Shown: in pieces, positions 63,791 through 64,000 of the stretch
Layout of the letters: every line of letters starts with the position of its first letter
Numbering within the stretch: position 1 is the first letter of the stretch
From: an uncultured Clostridia bacterium
GTDB taxonomy: Bacteria > Bacillota > Clostridia > Oscillospirales > Oscillospiraceae
Assembly: GCA_945877365.1 (NCBI GenBank)
Contig: CAMCRV010000003.1
Span: forward strand, 35,901 to 99,900
Length of the DNA stretch: 64,000 nucleotides
Direction of reading: 5' to 3'
Made by a program: the position numbers and the translations under genes
The notes under the pieces: model-generated
What the model saw: only the letters and a program-made list of their open reading frames with translations
The model's database searches: none
Told to the model about the DNA's origin: nothing

Positions 63791-64000
63791 CTAAAAATCC
63801 ATGTGTACCGCCCCGCCGTCGATGGCGTAGGCATAGCCGGGATTCAGTGTCTGCACAAAATCCAGCACCTCGGCACTTCCGTGCCCTTTGACATAGAAAT
63901 CCATTGCCCTGCCCGCCAAATGCCGGGAAGTCTTTACGCCCCCCACCGCTGCATTGTGGCTCTGGCAGCGCACCGTGCTGGTGGGAATCACGGGTGCGCC
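63791..64000 (-). CDS. Peptidase M15-type (D-Ala-D-Ala carboxypeptidase-like) cell wall hydrolase, C-terminal part only
   Basis: RCQSHNAAVGGVKTSRHLAGRAMDF (HxxGxAxD zinc motif) and a terminal VHMD. The N-terminus lies beyond the window end. Confidence 0.7.
   Translation of the reverse strand, partial: GAPVIPTSTVRCQSHNAAVGGVKTSRHLAGRAMDFYVKGHGSAEVLDFVQTLNPGYAYAIDGGAVHMDF

Larger units (their letters stand above)
63155..64000 (-). mobile_element. Edge of a probable prophage or phage remnant (lysis cassette); continues beyond the window
   Basis: Phage-type holin plus an M15 cell-wall peptidase immediately beyond a tRNA gene and an AT-rich junction. Confidence 0.5.

Noticed and set aside
1-64000. 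Search for CRISPR arrays, tandem repeats, IS elements with terminal inverted repeats, integrases, reverse transcriptases, toxin-antitoxin pairs and known defence genes.
   Set aside because: None were recognised by eye. The only repeats found are the 20-nt tRNA-derived duplicate, short operator-like repeats and hairpins, all reported above. A computational repeat search would be needed to exclude dispersed repeats.

Overview
This is a 64-kb chromosomal segment from a moderately GC-rich, endospore-forming Clostridia-type Firmicute. The taxon is inferred only from gene content and order: tig-clpP-clpX-lon-engB; rplS-lepB-rbgA-rnhB-yraN; spoIIIAA-AH followed by asp23-nusB-(TsaD-like)-xseA-xseB-ispA. 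I call about 70 protein genes, two tRNA-Pro genes (anticodons CGG and GGG), and a set of hairpin terminators and sigma-A-like promoters, several with a TGn extended -10. I saw no rRNA, CRISPR array, transposase, integrase or reverse transcriptase.

Most of the window is ordinary housekeeping:
- a BMP-type nucleoside ABC transporter
- ftsK
- the protease and chaperone cluster
- the pstSCAB phosphate transporter
- four MATE efflux paralogs
- a TIGR03960/TIGR03936 radical SAM pair

I found no clear-cut new multi-gene system such as a defence island. The parts I think deserve a second look are:
1. A 20-nt direct repeat of the tRNA-Pro(CGG) 3' end, 150 bp downstream of the intact gene, with a hairpin-dense filler between them. 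It looks like an att-type scar.
2. An uncharacterised ATP-driven reductase or dehydratase module: an HgdC-type activase, two paralogous Cys-rich BcrC/HgdB-family (double-cubane-like) subunits, and a DUF3343 protein.
3. A roughly 260-nt hairpin-packed region between a TepA-like gene and a divergent UppP paralog.
4. A phage lysis cassette (holin plus M15 peptidase) starting just beyond tRNA-Pro(GGG) at the right edge of the window.
5. Several apparently degenerate enzymes: a ThrC-like protein without the PLP lysine, a UppP-like protein without Ser/Arg motif residues, a 5'-truncated Mn catalase, and a TIGR03905 protein with 3 of its 4 Cys.

All functional calls rest on motif recognition by eye, not on database searches.
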